This document shows, piece after piece, positions 7,358 to 16,815 of a DNA stretch of 28,490 nt. This DNA is from a virus (taxonomy: Duplodnaviria > Caudoviricetes). The notes beneath the pieces were generated by a model. That model had not been told where the DNA came from, did not search any database, and saw nothing but the letters and a program-made list of their open reading frames with translations. The stretch covers positions 1-28,490 of IMG/VR virus record IMGVR_UViG_3300023055_000178. One strand, 5' to 3'. Within the stretch, counting starts at the first letter, position 1. Each line of letters starts with the position of its first letter. A program made the translations under genes and the position numbers.

Positions 7358-7627
7358 TCATTGACAGGAATAGACTGCCGCCGCCAGCGCCTTCTCATAA
7401 CCGATGCGCTGCCTCCGCTCCGCCAGCAGTGCCCGCACCTTCACCTCTAGGCTGTCACCCTTGCGCAGGCCGGCCGCTGCCCAGGGCGGCACGGCCACCT
7501 CAGGCGCGCGGCACGGCACCTGCACCGGCAACTCGATGCGGACGTACTCGACCTGCGGCGGCGTCTTCGCTGCGCAACCGGCCAGCAGCAGGCCGGCCAG
7601 CATCCCCTGCAGCACCTGCATTTTCAT
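7358..7627 (-). CDS. o-spanin-like (Rz1-type) lipoprotein
   Basis: Lipobox LLLAG-C and Pro-rich segment; follows the i-spanin. Confidence 0.8.
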   Translation of the reverse strand: MKMQVLQGMLAGLLLAGCAAKTPPQVEYVRIELPVQVPCRAPEVAVPPWAAAGLRKGDSLEVKVRALLAERRQRIGYEKALAAAVYSCQ

Positions 7628-7986
7628 AGGCCAAGCTCCTTATCGATGATCGAGGTTGCCGCTGCGCACTGGTCGCCGCCGGTTCGCTCTTGCTGCAGGC
7701 GGTTCGCCGCGGCGTAGTCGTTTTCGGCGCTGGTCTTGGCCGCTGCCACGGCTTGATCGGCGATAGCCTGGCGGTTGGCGGCGGCAAGCATCAGGTCGCC
7801 AATGGCTTTCCCCTGCTCCGTGGCCAGCCCGGCCAGGTTGTCGCGCGCGGCGGCGCACTGGGCGGCCTTGTCCTGCTGATCGTCCAGCAGCGGCCGGAAA
7901 TGGCGGGTAGTCGCCCAGGTGCCCACGGCCATGCCCAGCAGGATCAGCAGCCCGGCGCCAGTGAGGCGCAGCGCCCATGCCTTCAT
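7624..7986 (-). CDS. i-spanin-like (Rz-type) protein
   Basis: N-terminal TM helix then Ala/Gln-rich coiled coil with Cys residues; between the endolysin and the lipoprotein. Confidence 0.75.
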   Translation of the reverse strand: MKAWALRLTGAGLLILLGMAVGTWATTRHFRPLLDDQQDKAAQCAAARDNLAGLATEQGKAIGDLMLAAANRQAIADQAVAAAKTSAENDYAAANRLQQERTGGDQCAAATSIIDKELGL

Positions 7987-8420
7987 GCCAGCGCCCTCCG
8001 CACGCCCTCATCGATCACCGCCGGCGCGTAGGGGTTGCCGCCGTTCTCGTGGATGATGATGCTCACCACCATTCCCCGCAGCACCGCTGGGTCTTTGATG
8101 TTGATCGGGTCAGTGGTGCGCACGCCGATGCGCTTGGCAACGGCCAGGGCATAGGCCTGAGTGTCGTTCTCGTTGCTCGGCGCCCAGCGGTTGATGGTCT
8201 CGAGCACCGTGTCGATGCCCTTGCCGCCCACGCCCGGCATGCCGTCCTTGCCTCGGTAGGCGATCAGCAGCTTGCCCAGGGCGCGGATGCCGTTCTCGGC
8301 GGTATCGAAAATGGCAAAGCGGCCGTTCGGCTCCTTTCCGGTCTGTCCGACCCAGTCATTGCGTGGGTTGTAATCGATGTTGCCGGGGTTGCGATTGCGT
8401 ACGCCGCGGGGAGTGCTCAT
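7983..8420 (-). CDS. putative endolysin, lysozyme-like (RNxNPGNI family, often annotated as structural protein)
   Basis: RGVRNRNPGNI, FAIFDTAENGIRA, RWAPSNENDTQAY and IIHENG; immediately upstream of the spanins. Confidence 0.7.
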   Translation of the reverse strand: MSTPRGVRNRNPGNIDYNPRNDWVGQTGKEPNGRFAIFDTAENGIRALGKLLIAYRGKDGMPGVGGKGIDTVLETINRWAPSNENDTQAYALAVAKRIGVRTTDPINIKDPAVLRGMVVSIIIHENGGNPYAPAVIDEGVRRALA

Positions 8421-8647
8421 TCAGCAGCCTCCTCTGCCGGCGCTTCCACCGCCGCCTCGCCCGCGTCCTGCGCGGTGACGCGAACCTGGGCGCTGTAGCG
8501 TTTGATCACCTGCGCAGTACGCACGATCGCCGCCGGCTGGGCCTTGAGCAGCTCGCGCGCCGCGGCATCAGCCTCCTGCTCGGTGGCGAATTCGTTCTGG
8601 TGGACCGGGTCGAAGTGATTGCTCGAGTTAATGACGATGAAAGGCAT
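8417..8647 (-). CDS. hypothetical phage protein (76 aa)
   Basis: ATG 8647 with GGAG RBS; ATGA overlap with the endolysin; no TM segment. Confidence 0.65.
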   Translation of the reverse strand: MPFIVINSSNHFDPVHQNEFATEQEADAAARELLKAQPAAIVRTAQVIKRYSAQVRVTAQDAGEAAVEAPAEEAAE

Positions 8648-8664
8648 GGGACTTTTCTCCAGGC

Positions 8665-8688
8665 AAAAAAATACCGCCAGACGGCGGT
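8665..8688 (-). terminator. terminator-like hairpin after the tail fibre assembly gene
   Basis: Minus strand ACCGCC-gtct-GGCGGT-A-T7. Confidence 0.65.
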
Positions 8689-8706
8689 CGGTGTGTTCGG
8701 TTGGGG

Positions 8707-9261
8707 TCAGGCCGGCGGCGTGGGCCAGGCAATGTCCAGCGGGTAGCCTTCCTGCTCTGGCAGGTCCAGCAGGTCGAGGCGGTAGATCTTCCAAGCCTTC
8801 AAGGACGCCAGCTTCTGCTCGTTGGCCCGGCCAAGCTCGACCGCATCCATCAGTGGCGCAATCATCGAGTCAGCAACGGCGCGGCGCTGCGCAATCTCGG
8901 CCTGCACCAGCGCCAGCAGGTCGTCGAGGTCAGGCTCCGGCACGGGTGGCAGCTCAGGCAACGGCAGATCGTCAACCGACACATGCAGCGTGATGCTGTG
9001 CAGCAGGTCGGCCGGCTCGCCCTCCTTGGCAACGCTTACGCTCAGCACATCACCGGAGTAGCCAATGGCGATCGAGGCGCCAGCGTCCATCTGGTTGGTG
9101 ACGTAGCCCCAACCCTCAGGCGGAGGGCACATGCCCAGCGTTCCGTGCACCAGGTACTGACCCGGCCCGGGATGCTCGACGGTCAGGTCGGACCTGCCGA
9201 GTGAAGTGATGTCGATGATCGAACCATCACCCAGGATGTTGATGGCTGCACGTGTGGTCAT
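8707..9261 (-). CDS. tail fibre assembly (chaperone) protein with extra N-terminal beta domain
   Basis: C-terminal IAPLMDAVELG...LKAWKIYRLDL...IAWPTPP is typical of Tfa proteins. Confidence 0.8.
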   Translation of the reverse strand: MTTRAAINILGDGSIIDITSLGRSDLTVEHPGPGQYLVHGTLGMCPPPEGWGYVTNQMDAGASIAIGYSGDVLSVSVAKEGEPADLLHSITLHVSVDDLPLPELPPVPEPDLDDLLALVQAEIAQRRAVADSMIAPLMDAVELGRANEQKLASLKAWKIYRLDLLDLPEQEGYPLDIAWPTPPA

Positions 9262-9263
9262 AG

Positions 9264-9839
9264 TCAGATCGCCTTCAGCGTGCCGTCGGCAGCGCGGGTT
9301 GTGTTGTTGGTGTGGTAAATGATCGACCAGTTGGTGGCCGAAGACTGGTCAACCGCGACGGTTTTGAACGCGAGGCGGTACCCGACGACCTCTTGGGCCA
9401 GGACGGTGGTCCAGCGGGGGTCAACGCCAGCCCGGATATTTGTCAGGTTGTAAAACCCAGCCGCCCCAGGTGGGGAGTTCGATGCACTGGCTGAGCTTCT
9501 GAACTCGGTATTGGACACGCTATGCAGGTTCGTTAAAGAAGGCGCCGCGCCGAGCAAGCCACCAGCGCCTACGGCCATCACTTGGCCAGTCGCAACACCC
9601 ACGGTCTTCGTCGCGGCATCACCCAGCTGCAGGGCGGTTCGCGCTGCTGCAGCCGTGGTGGCGCCGGTACCGCCCTTTGCGAGTGGCAAGGCCGCTGGCA
9701 AGGTGGTTCCGCCAGCAACTCCCGTCAACCAGTCGTATAGCTCGTTGAAGTTAGCGATCGCCTTAAGCCAGGCGCTGCGGCGATCATCACCGCCGGCGCC
9801 TGCAGGGGCTGTACCGAGGCTGACAGTTTGTTTGGCCAT
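9264..9839 (-). CDS. short tail fibre protein
   Basis: N-terminal GDDRRSAWLKAIANFNELY anchor, GGTGATTAAAARTALQLG shaft, GQVMAVGAGG and C-terminal WSIIYHTNNTT. Confidence 0.8.
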   Translation of the reverse strand: MAKQTVSLGTAPAGAGGDDRRSAWLKAIANFNELYDWLTGVAGGTTLPAALPLAKGGTGATTAAAARTALQLGDAATKTVGVATGQVMAVGAGGLLGAAPSLTNLHSVSNTEFRSSASASNSPPGAAGFYNLTNIRAGVDPRWTTVLAQEVVGYRLAFKTVAVDQSSATNWSIIYHTNNTTRAADGTLKAI

Positions 9840-9849
9840 GTTGAATCCT

Positions 9850-10905
9850 TTACAGAGGTTTCATTGGGCGTGATGCAAACAATGTTCGCCCGTTCACGCT
9901 GAGGGGGTTAATTCCGTCAAAGTTCTCGCAGTACATCTGGAGCAGCGTTCTATCTCCGCCGAGGAACCCTCCATAGTTCGCTCGGAATGGCTGGGTGGTC
10001 TGTATTACGTTGGTGCAAGAGAACAATGCATTCGCAAGTACATAGTCTTCATAACTACTTGTCCAAGCCATACGTGATGGCGAGGCATAGTACCCGGCCC
10101 CACTGATAGGTGGCCCTCCTGGCGAGAACGAGGCACTGGCTGGCTGACCGTTTAGCATTGAAAGGTTTGCCGATGTAACGAATATCCTGTTGCCAGATTC
10201 ATCGCGCACCGACGCACCGTATTCCCCCGCAGGCGTTGCCGGCGTCATGTAGCTCGCACAGAACCACTTTATCTGCATCGGATACAGCGCGATGGAGCCA
10301 TGCACGGCCTGGTTGTTGAACGCCTTGATGCGGAATCCAGTCCAGTTGCCCGGCACACCCTTTACGGAGAAATTGCCGACCATCATGTAATCCACGGCGT
10401 TGAGAAATACCAGGGGCCGCTCAGTCGTCGTAATTGGCGATGGGAATGTGACATCCCCCCACTGAATCTGATTGCCACTACCCGGACCTTGAAAACCTAT
10501 GTTGAAGTTTCCGCTGTGCCGGATGGTGAGAAGCTTGTTTATCGCGTCGATCTGGGTCCTCATGTTGTTATTGGACGCCCTGATCCCATAGCTGCCCGGC
10601 GCAGCGAACGGCTCTCCCCCTTGGGATAGGATCATCACCTGCCAGTTGAATCCTTGCGGCTGGCGTAGATGAAGTTGACCAGTTGAATACCAGGCTTGCG
10701 GCGAAAATGTGTACTCTCCGCGATTCTCCAGCGTATCCACCACCACGAAAGACTCGGCTTTTATTTCGGGGATCGAGAAGTACTGGTCAAAGGCGCCATT
10801 GCCGGTAACGGTGAGCATCTTGAGCGAGCGGATCGGGGTGATGGTCGTGTCCATCGTCACCACCCCGGCCGCATCTTTTGCCCGAAGGCCATAGAGTTCA
10901 GCCAT
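9850..10905 (-). CDS. tail tip-associated protein (351 aa)
   Basis: Lies after the J-like gene; beta-rich with three repeats YGLRAKD / YGIRASN / YGASVRD. Confidence 0.65.
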   Translation of the reverse strand: MAELYGLRAKDAAGVVTMDTTITPIRSLKMLTVTGNGAFDQYFSIPEIKAESFVVVDTLENRGEYTFSPQAWYSTGQLHLRQPQGFNWQVMILSQGGEPFAAPGSYGIRASNNNMRTQIDAINKLLTIRHSGNFNIGFQGPGSGNQIQWGDVTFPSPITTTERPLVFLNAVDYMMVGNFSVKGVPGNWTGFRIKAFNNQAVHGSIALYPMQIKWFCASYMTPATPAGEYGASVRDESGNRIFVTSANLSMLNGQPASASFSPGGPPISGAGYYASPSRMAWTSSYEDYVLANALFSCTNVIQTTQPFRANYGGFLGGDRTLLQMYCENFDGINPLSVNGRTLFASRPMKPL

Positions 10906-13900
10906 CAGGAAAGCTTCCCTAGCGCTGCACGCTCGATGTAGTTCAAGTCGTAGACGTACAGGCCATAGTTGTTGAGCAGGATCGACCCGTCTGAGGTTTG
11001 GCCGCGAAGAGTCAATGTCCCGGCAGGAACGTTAATCTCCAACAGCGGTAGCCCTTGGGAGTTGAGCGCCTGAGATCGCAGCGTCATTCCCAGAATGATT
11101 TCCTGAATGAACGCCGTGTTGATCACCGCCTGATTGATGAAGACCTGACCGTTCTGCACAACGAACGGTAGGACCATGTCACCATTCACGCCGTCTACAA
11201 TCGCAACTCGCTGTGCCGATAGCAGGATTTCGCCCTCCTCCCCATTGCTACCTTGGGCGATGGCAGTCGCTACCTTTCTTCCGTTGACACTTGTCTCTGT
11301 CTTAATTGTGGACATGGCCGAGACCTTGCCGTCGACGCCGGCGACCGTTTCGCTGATGGTCTGCACCGAGGCATTCACCTCGCCATATTGAGCCTGCACC
11401 GTGTCGACGCGCTTGCCGGTAGCAATGAACTCGTCCGTGCGCGCCGATTGCTCGGTCCACACGCCGACCATGCTGCCCTGTTGGCCAGCCATGCCAGACG
11501 AATCGCCCTCCATCTCCGGATTGACCTGAACGTAGATCCCGTCCAGCCGGTTGGCTTGCGCGGTGATGGCCGTACCCTGCTGCTCCACGGTCGTGGCCAT
11601 CTGGCTGATCGCGGTTGCCTGCCCACCAACAGCGCGAGCAGACGAGCCGGACACGAATGGCGAAGGCACGTTGCCCTCGCCGATCCGCTTCTCGATCATG
11701 ACCGAGTCGACCACGACCGAGCCGCTAGCCGCCGAATGCCGATTTGGATACAGCAGCAGCGATACCCGAGCGCTATCGGTGACAGTGATCGGGAACGTGA
11801 CCCGCGTACGGGCAGTGGTGTAAGGAACGTTGGCCGATGACCGGGACGGCCCGTTGTACAGGTTGGCCATTGCCAGTCCTGCAGCGCTCCCCTGAATGTA
11901 CATCGACACCAGGTATACGCCAGGTTCAATGCGCACGTTCCAGTGAGGCGCGGTGTTGGTCTGCGAGAAGACGAAATAGGCCGATGCGTTAGCCGTGGTG
12001 AAGGCCAGCGAGTAACCAAAGCCCGAGTCAGCAGCTGCCACTGCAACACCCTCGCGCGTCACCGCGTTGCCGCTGACCGCCGGCAAGGTGGTCGACGTCA
12101 GCCAGCTGTAGGTGTCCTCCAGCAGGTTCGTGCCGGCTCCACCAATGCCGCTGATGGCGCTCTGCAGCTGGGTGACTGCCATACCCTGAACGGACAGGCC
12201 AGCCTCCGTCTGGGTGACACGACCATCAAGAGCCGATGTAGCGATTGCGTTGCCGATGTCGGCCAGCGTCACTCTGGTGGCCGTCATGTTGCACCACAGC
12301 GCCCGACCCGCGCCGTCGGCAGGCTGGATGCGGGTCACGAATCGTGCGGCCACAGCCCCTGCCGGCGCAGTAATACGCCCACTGAAATTCTGGAACCCGG
12401 AACCGCCTGCCGCCACGATGAAGGCGTTGAAGTATCCCAGGTTGACGTTGTCCTTGTCGTAGAACTGCATCTGCAGGTTCGCAGTCTGGCCTGCGGTCAT
12501 GAACTGGCGGCACACATCGGCGGACAGGTCGAACTGCTGGCCCGCACTGGTCAGGACAGAGTTGCCTACCCCGCAGAAGCTGTTGGCCACGAAGGCGATA
12601 GCCTTGCCCGCCGACGTGCCTGGCACGGTGACGGTTTCCACCGCCACGGCGCCCGTCCACGGATCGGCGATACCATCTTCGAACGAACCACGGCGCAGCA
12701 GGTTGTCGAGCTGCTGCCCCACTGTCGCCTGGACGCTGGTGATCGCCGCGCCCTGAGCAGTGATTGCCGCCCCCTGCTGGGTGACGGTATTGCTCAGCGA
12801 GCTGACGGTTGTAGCATCAGCCTTGCCCGCCAGGCTCGACTGGACGCCATCAATGCGCAGAGCCTGAGCCGTCAGCTTCCCATCCTGCTCAGTAACCTTG
12901 GTCTCGACCATGCTCACCCGCGCGGCCAGTCCGTCAGCCGTGCGCACTGCCTGGCCAACATCGGTCCAGTAGGTGGTGTTCGGCGGCGGGGTGTTGACCG
13001 GTACCGCCTTCTTGGCTTGGTACAGCTTGCCGTCGTCGCCCAGCACGCCCTGGTCAATCGCGTAGGTCTGGTCTGGCTTGTACGGCATCGAGTCAGCCAG
13101 GTCTGCGATAGTGTCGATCTGCTGCTGCAACTGATCGTTTACCGCCTTCAAGCGGTTGTTGACCGAGCCCGGCATGGTGGGCGGCCCAGAGATCAGCGCA
13201 ATGTATTCGCGCAGGGCTGGCAAAAGATTGCCGGCTTCGATCTTGTCCTTGAGCGCGCCGAGCATGTTGCTTACGTCAGTCGACGTTGACGCCACCACCT
13301 TCAAGAATGCGCTGACACCGTAGGCATTTTTTGAGCGCACGAAATAGGCGTAGTTGGTGGCAAAGGCAAGGCCAGTATGGGTCAGAGTCAAACCCTGGCC
13401 GAGATAGTCCCCCTGAGTAGGCTGCGGGTTGGTCGAGAAGTAATACTCGTATGTGCCGCCATTCAGCCCATGGAGCGCATTGCCTGGAATCAGCGTGATC
13501 GTGTCAATGGTGGCTTGCACGACGCACGACTCGGGGATCGGAGGCCCGCCGATACTCACAGTGATGCTCGCTTCACCTGAGCGAGTCAGAGGGCCAAGCG
13601 CGGCTACGCTCATGGTGTAATCGCCAGAAGGCAAGCCCGAAAGCGGATGCTGCAGCGTAGTGGCAGGCACCTGCGTGGCCTGAACTGCGGTGGCACCTTG
13701 GCGGACTGTGACAGCGTAGCCAGTGACAATCCCTGCAGGCTGAACCCAGCTGAGCACGCCCTGAGTGACCTCCGCTGTTTCGTCCGGGGACCATACCAGG
13801 TTGGTAGGGCTGCCCAAGCCACCGGCCGGCAGGCTTATGAAGCCGATCGGGTTGTACGGCTGACCCACTGCGTCGTCGAACTGCGCAGCATCGTACTGCT

Positions 13901-15200
13901 GGAGCTGTGCTGTGCAACCCTCGCTCGCACCCATGTTCCAGTTGGTGACGATGAACTCGCCAAGGATGTTCAGCGAAGGGAGATTCACACGTACCGCACG
14001 GCCTGGGCGGCAGTTGTACCCCAGGAAGTTCATCGGCACGCTGATGGTCCCGCCCGCGCGCCGGCGGCGAAGCTCAATGTTCGCGAGGCGCTGGGCCTGG
14101 TAGGGATAGGGCACGTAGGAGAACGACAGGGTCTCTGCCGATTCGCCCCCATCCTCGACAACCCACTCGGCCACCGAGACCTCGGGGTAGTCCGTCTCGG
14201 TCCATGATTGGCTGGGGTCGATGAAGGTGCCACGGACCGTGTTGATGGCCGCGTCATTGGTTGGCTCGGTACTCCCGGTAATCGTCCCGATCACCATGTC
14301 TTCGGTTATCTCGAAGTCGTACGGCCCGTAGTAAGCGCCAGCCTGGAACATCCAGCGCCCGCCGACGCGAATAGTCTTGCCGCCACACGCTGCCTCCAGC
14401 TTCTGGAGCACGCTGGTACGCTGCTCGTCCGCGCCGATGACACAGCTGCTGCGGTATCGGGGGCTGGTGGTGCCATCTGGGTTACCGACCGACTCATCGC
14501 AGACGTTTGCCCCGCTGGCAAAGGTCTCGAATACGATCTCGTCGTCAGGCACGCCGCAGCGGTTGCGCAGAAACCAGAGGATGTGCAGCGCAGTGTTTTC
14601 GGTATAGCCGGCCATGCCAGTGCGCGGGTCGAAGATATCGTTCCGGCCGCGCACGATGAAGCGCGCGTCAGGTATGCCGGAAGGAAACCTCTCCGGGTTG
14701 TACTTGAGGGACAGGCGCACAAACGAGAGGCCCCGCCCGATCTGCTCGTCCTTCCAGTCTGGGCAGTACTGCTTCAGATAGGCGTTTACTTGAGTGGGGT
14801 TCGAGACGAGTTCATAGGAAGCATGATCACCGTAGGTGGCGATCGGCTCCTCACCCAAATAGATGGCTTCCAGGGCATCAACTGCCCCTTCACACAACAC
14901 GTAGACCAGGTGCAGCCACTCGCCATCAGTCTGGTTGCCGACCTGCTCCTGAGCCCAAACGAGGACACCGCCGGTGCTCACCCGGCCGAGGATGAATCTG
15001 GCCGGTGCCTTGGAAGAGCGCACAGTCTGCGCCGATGGCTCGTTGTCGCGCAGGGGCGACTTGGTGTTGAGCTTTTCCTGCTGCTCGGCAGCATAGAAGG
15101 CCAGGCCGGCACCGATGGCCGCGCCAATTGGCCCGCCTTGGGCAAACCCGATCACCGCGCCGATGGCTACCTGTGCGATTTTGCTGACGCCACCTGACAT
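10905..15200 (-). CDS. tail tip / host-specificity protein (lambda J-like, FN3, carbohydrate-binding-like inserts, DUF1983-like C-terminus)
   Basis: 1431 aa; FN3-like segments, coiled-coil stretches, NLL-initiated beta domains and C-terminal PFVVQNGQVFINQAVI. Confidence 0.88.
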   Translation of the reverse strand: MSGGVSKIAQVAIGAVIGFAQGGPIGAAIGAGLAFYAAEQQEKLNTKSPLRDNEPSAQTVRSSKAPARFILGRVSTGGVLVWAQEQVGNQTDGEWLHLVYVLCEGAVDALEAIYLGEEPIATYGDHASYELVSNPTQVNAYLKQYCPDWKDEQIGRGLSFVRLSLKYNPERFPSGIPDARFIVRGRNDIFDPRTGMAGYTENTALHILWFLRNRCGVPDDEIVFETFASGANVCDESVGNPDGTTSPRYRSSCVIGADEQRTSVLQKLEAACGGKTIRVGGRWMFQAGAYYGPYDFEITEDMVIGTITGSTEPTNDAAINTVRGTFIDPSQSWTETDYPEVSVAEWVVEDGGESAETLSFSYVPYPYQAQRLANIELRRRRAGGTISVPMNFLGYNCRPGRAVRVNLPSLNILGEFIVTNWNMGASEGCTAQLQQYDAAQFDDAVGQPYNPIGFISLPAGGLGSPTNLVWSPDETAEVTQGVLSWVQPAGIVTGYAVTVRQGATAVQATQVPATTLQHPLSGLPSGDYTMSVAALGPLTRSGEASITVSIGGPPIPESCVVQATIDTITLIPGNALHGLNGGTYEYYFSTNPQPTQGDYLGQGLTLTHTGLAFATNYAYFVRSKNAYGVSAFLKVVASTSTDVSNMLGALKDKIEAGNLLPALREYIALISGPPTMPGSVNNRLKAVNDQLQQQIDTIADLADSMPYKPDQTYAIDQGVLGDDGKLYQAKKAVPVNTPPPNTTYWTDVGQAVRTADGLAARVSMVETKVTEQDGKLTAQALRIDGVQSSLAGKADATTVSSLSNTVTQQGAAITAQGAAITSVQATVGQQLDNLLRRGSFEDGIADPWTGAVAVETVTVPGTSAGKAIAFVANSFCGVGNSVLTSAGQQFDLSADVCRQFMTAGQTANLQMQFYDKDNVNLGYFNAFIVAAGGSGFQNFSGRITAPAGAVAARFVTRIQPADGAGRALWCNMTATRVTLADIGNAIATSALDGRVTQTEAGLSVQGMAVTQLQSAISGIGGAGTNLLEDTYSWLTSTTLPAVSGNAVTREGVAVAAADSGFGYSLAFTTANASAYFVFSQTNTAPHWNVRIEPGVYLVSMYIQGSAAGLAMANLYNGPSRSSANVPYTTARTRVTFPITVTDSARVSLLLYPNRHSAASGSVVVDSVMIEKRIGEGNVPSPFVSGSSARAVGGQATAISQMATTVEQQGTAITAQANRLDGIYVQVNPEMEGDSSGMAGQQGSMVGVWTEQSARTDEFIATGKRVDTVQAQYGEVNASVQTISETVAGVDGKVSAMSTIKTETSVNGRKVATAIAQGSNGEEGEILLSAQRVAIVDGVNGDMVLPFVVQNGQVFINQAVINTAFIQEIILGMTLRSQALNSQGLPLLEINVPAGTLTLRGQTSDGSILLNNYGLYVYDLNYIERAALGKLS

Positions 15201-15598
15201 TATTCGACTCTCCAGACAGCAATTGGCTCACACACCACCCGGGTTACCCCAAGCTCAGTAGTCGCCCAGAATTCATTGGCCCAATAGACCGCCATCGACC
15301 GCCCGCCCGGTGCTTCGTAGACCGCGACATCGCCGCGCTGGATGAAGGACGGCGCAACACGGGTGAAGCAGGCGTCCCACGCCGCATCCAGGCTTCCATG
15401 AGTCTTTTTCAGGGCCCGCTTGGCGCCAGCCTCGGTCTTGTACTTGCCGCGATACCGCTCTGCAGGGTCGACGCCGCAAACGGCCACCGCGCAATCAGCG
15501 GCAAAAATGCAGCAGTCAAATTCACCCCATGAAAAAGGCCGCTCTAGGGCGGCCTTGATCACATCGTTGAGGCGTGTGGTCCAGTCTCGGTAGCGCAT
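15200..15598 (-). CDS. tail protein, NlpC/P60-like (DUF6950-type)
   Basis: PFSWGEFDCCIFAADC and RGDV motifs; start reassigned to ATG 15598. Confidence 0.75.
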   Translation of the reverse strand: MRYRDWTTRLNDVIKAALERPFSWGEFDCCIFAADCAVAVCGVDPAERYRGKYKTEAGAKRALKKTHGSLDAAWDACFTRVAPSFIQRGDVAVYEAPGGRSMAVYWANEFWATTELGVTRVVCEPIAVWRVE

Positions 15599-15600
15599 GC

Positions 15601-16203
15601 CTATTTCTCGTAGGTAAACGTCGGGGCGTCCTTCTTGGACCCCCAATAGATGGGCCATTCGGACATTTGAGCGACGGCGTAGAAGAATCGGTCGCCCTGG
15701 TGGCGGGCTCGGTGGTTTTCGTCGGTGAAGCGCTCGGTTCCGGTTCGGCTCCATTCGGCCATCCGGTCGACGATTGGAACGGTGATCTTGTTGCCGTCCT
15801 GCCCGTTTCCGGCGTAAGAGAAGGTGGCCGCGTCCATTCGGCCGCTGAACAGGATGTCCACGGCGTAGTTACCCGCCTCGTCGAACACCACGAACAGCAG
15901 CTTGCCGGAGCGGCCCCGGCAGCCCCGGATGTTCGTCTCGGTGATGATGTAGCTGTCCAGGCCGTTGAGGCTCAGCTCTGCGGACATTGGCGAGTTTGAG
16001 TTGTCACTCTCCTGCGACTGGGCGACCTCGCCGAACTGACCAACCCCCAGGTAGGTGATCCCGTCAATCACCAGATCGCCGGTTCCGGTGTGGGCGTACA
16101 CCGGACCATCCTCGAAGTCGAGCTGGCAGGCGTACACCGTCATGAAACGGCCCGTGGCGATGATGTCGACCACGCTCTGGCTGAAAGGGAACGAGCTGGG
16201 CAT
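15601..16203 (-). CDS. minor tail / tail hub protein
   Basis: GITYLGVG, LFSGRMD and HQGDRFF motifs; synteny; start ATG 16203. Confidence 0.7.
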   Translation of the reverse strand: MPSSFPFSQSVVDIIATGRFMTVYACQLDFEDGPVYAHTGTGDLVIDGITYLGVGQFGEVAQSQESDNSNSPMSAELSLNGLDSYIITETNIRGCRGRSGKLLFVVFDEAGNYAVDILFSGRMDAATFSYAGNGQDGNKITVPIVDRMAEWSRTGTERFTDENHRARHQGDRFFYAVAQMSEWPIYWGSKKDAPTFTYEK

Positions 16204-16787
16204 CAGAAGGCCTCCCTGAATTGGTAGCTGCCGCTGGAAACGACCGGACGCACGGACATGGCCCATGTGTCCTGAGTCATCCGCATCTCCGAATAGGGGT
16301 TGAGGTACTCAACCGCAGCGCCTGCAGTCAGCGTGCGCCTGATCCGTTTGTTCAGCGGTACCACGGCCTGGCCCTGGGCATTCGCGGCCACCGCGCGCAC
16401 CACCTCGAACATCTCGCCCGCGACAGTCAGGTAGTCGCCAGGCGCGAACACCTGGGCCCCCGGCGCTGCCCCAGCCACCTGCAGCGAGCGCGACTGAGCA
16501 ACCCCTGTAACCACGGTGAGGCTGCCAACGCTGTTCGACCGGCTCCGGGTGATCGCCGGCATGTTGAAGGTGCCGAACATTCCGTCGAGCTCACCCAGGA
16601 ACGCCGAAAGCTCGCGTTCCTGAGCGCGAGTGAGCAAACCGAAGGTCAAGGTGCACTGCCAGTAGGCACCTGGCTGGCCGACGATCTGCTGGGCGTTTGA
16701 CAGCGAGGAAGTAAAGGCCCTGCTGTTGTTGACGATGCCCCACGTCATTTCTGACGGGCGCAGCGAAGCCGGCCACGTGAGAGCCAT
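16203..16787 (-). CDS. distal tail (Dit-like) protein
   Basis: WPASLRP, FLGELDGMFGTF and PGDYLTV; position after the tape measure gene. Confidence 0.65.
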   Translation of the reverse strand: MALTWPASLRPSEMTWGIVNNSRAFTSSLSNAQQIVGQPGAYWQCTLTFGLLTRAQERELSAFLGELDGMFGTFNMPAITRSRSNSVGSLTVVTGVAQSRSLQVAGAAPGAQVFAPGDYLTVAGEMFEVVRAVAANAQGQAVVPLNKRIRRTLTAGAAVEYLNPYSEMRMTQDTWAMSVRPVVSSGSYQFREAF

Positions 16788-16815
16788 GCAGTACTCCTTG
16801 GGGAATTCGGGTGTT

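Noticed and set aside
11943-13289. 448-aa plus-strand ORF and similar antisense ORFs within J and TMP
   Set aside because: Antisense artefacts of high-GC coding sequence.
8707-15200. Diversity-generating retroelement or invertible fibre cassette
   Set aside because: No reverse transcriptase, invertase, TR/VR pair or flanking inverted repeats seen by eye.
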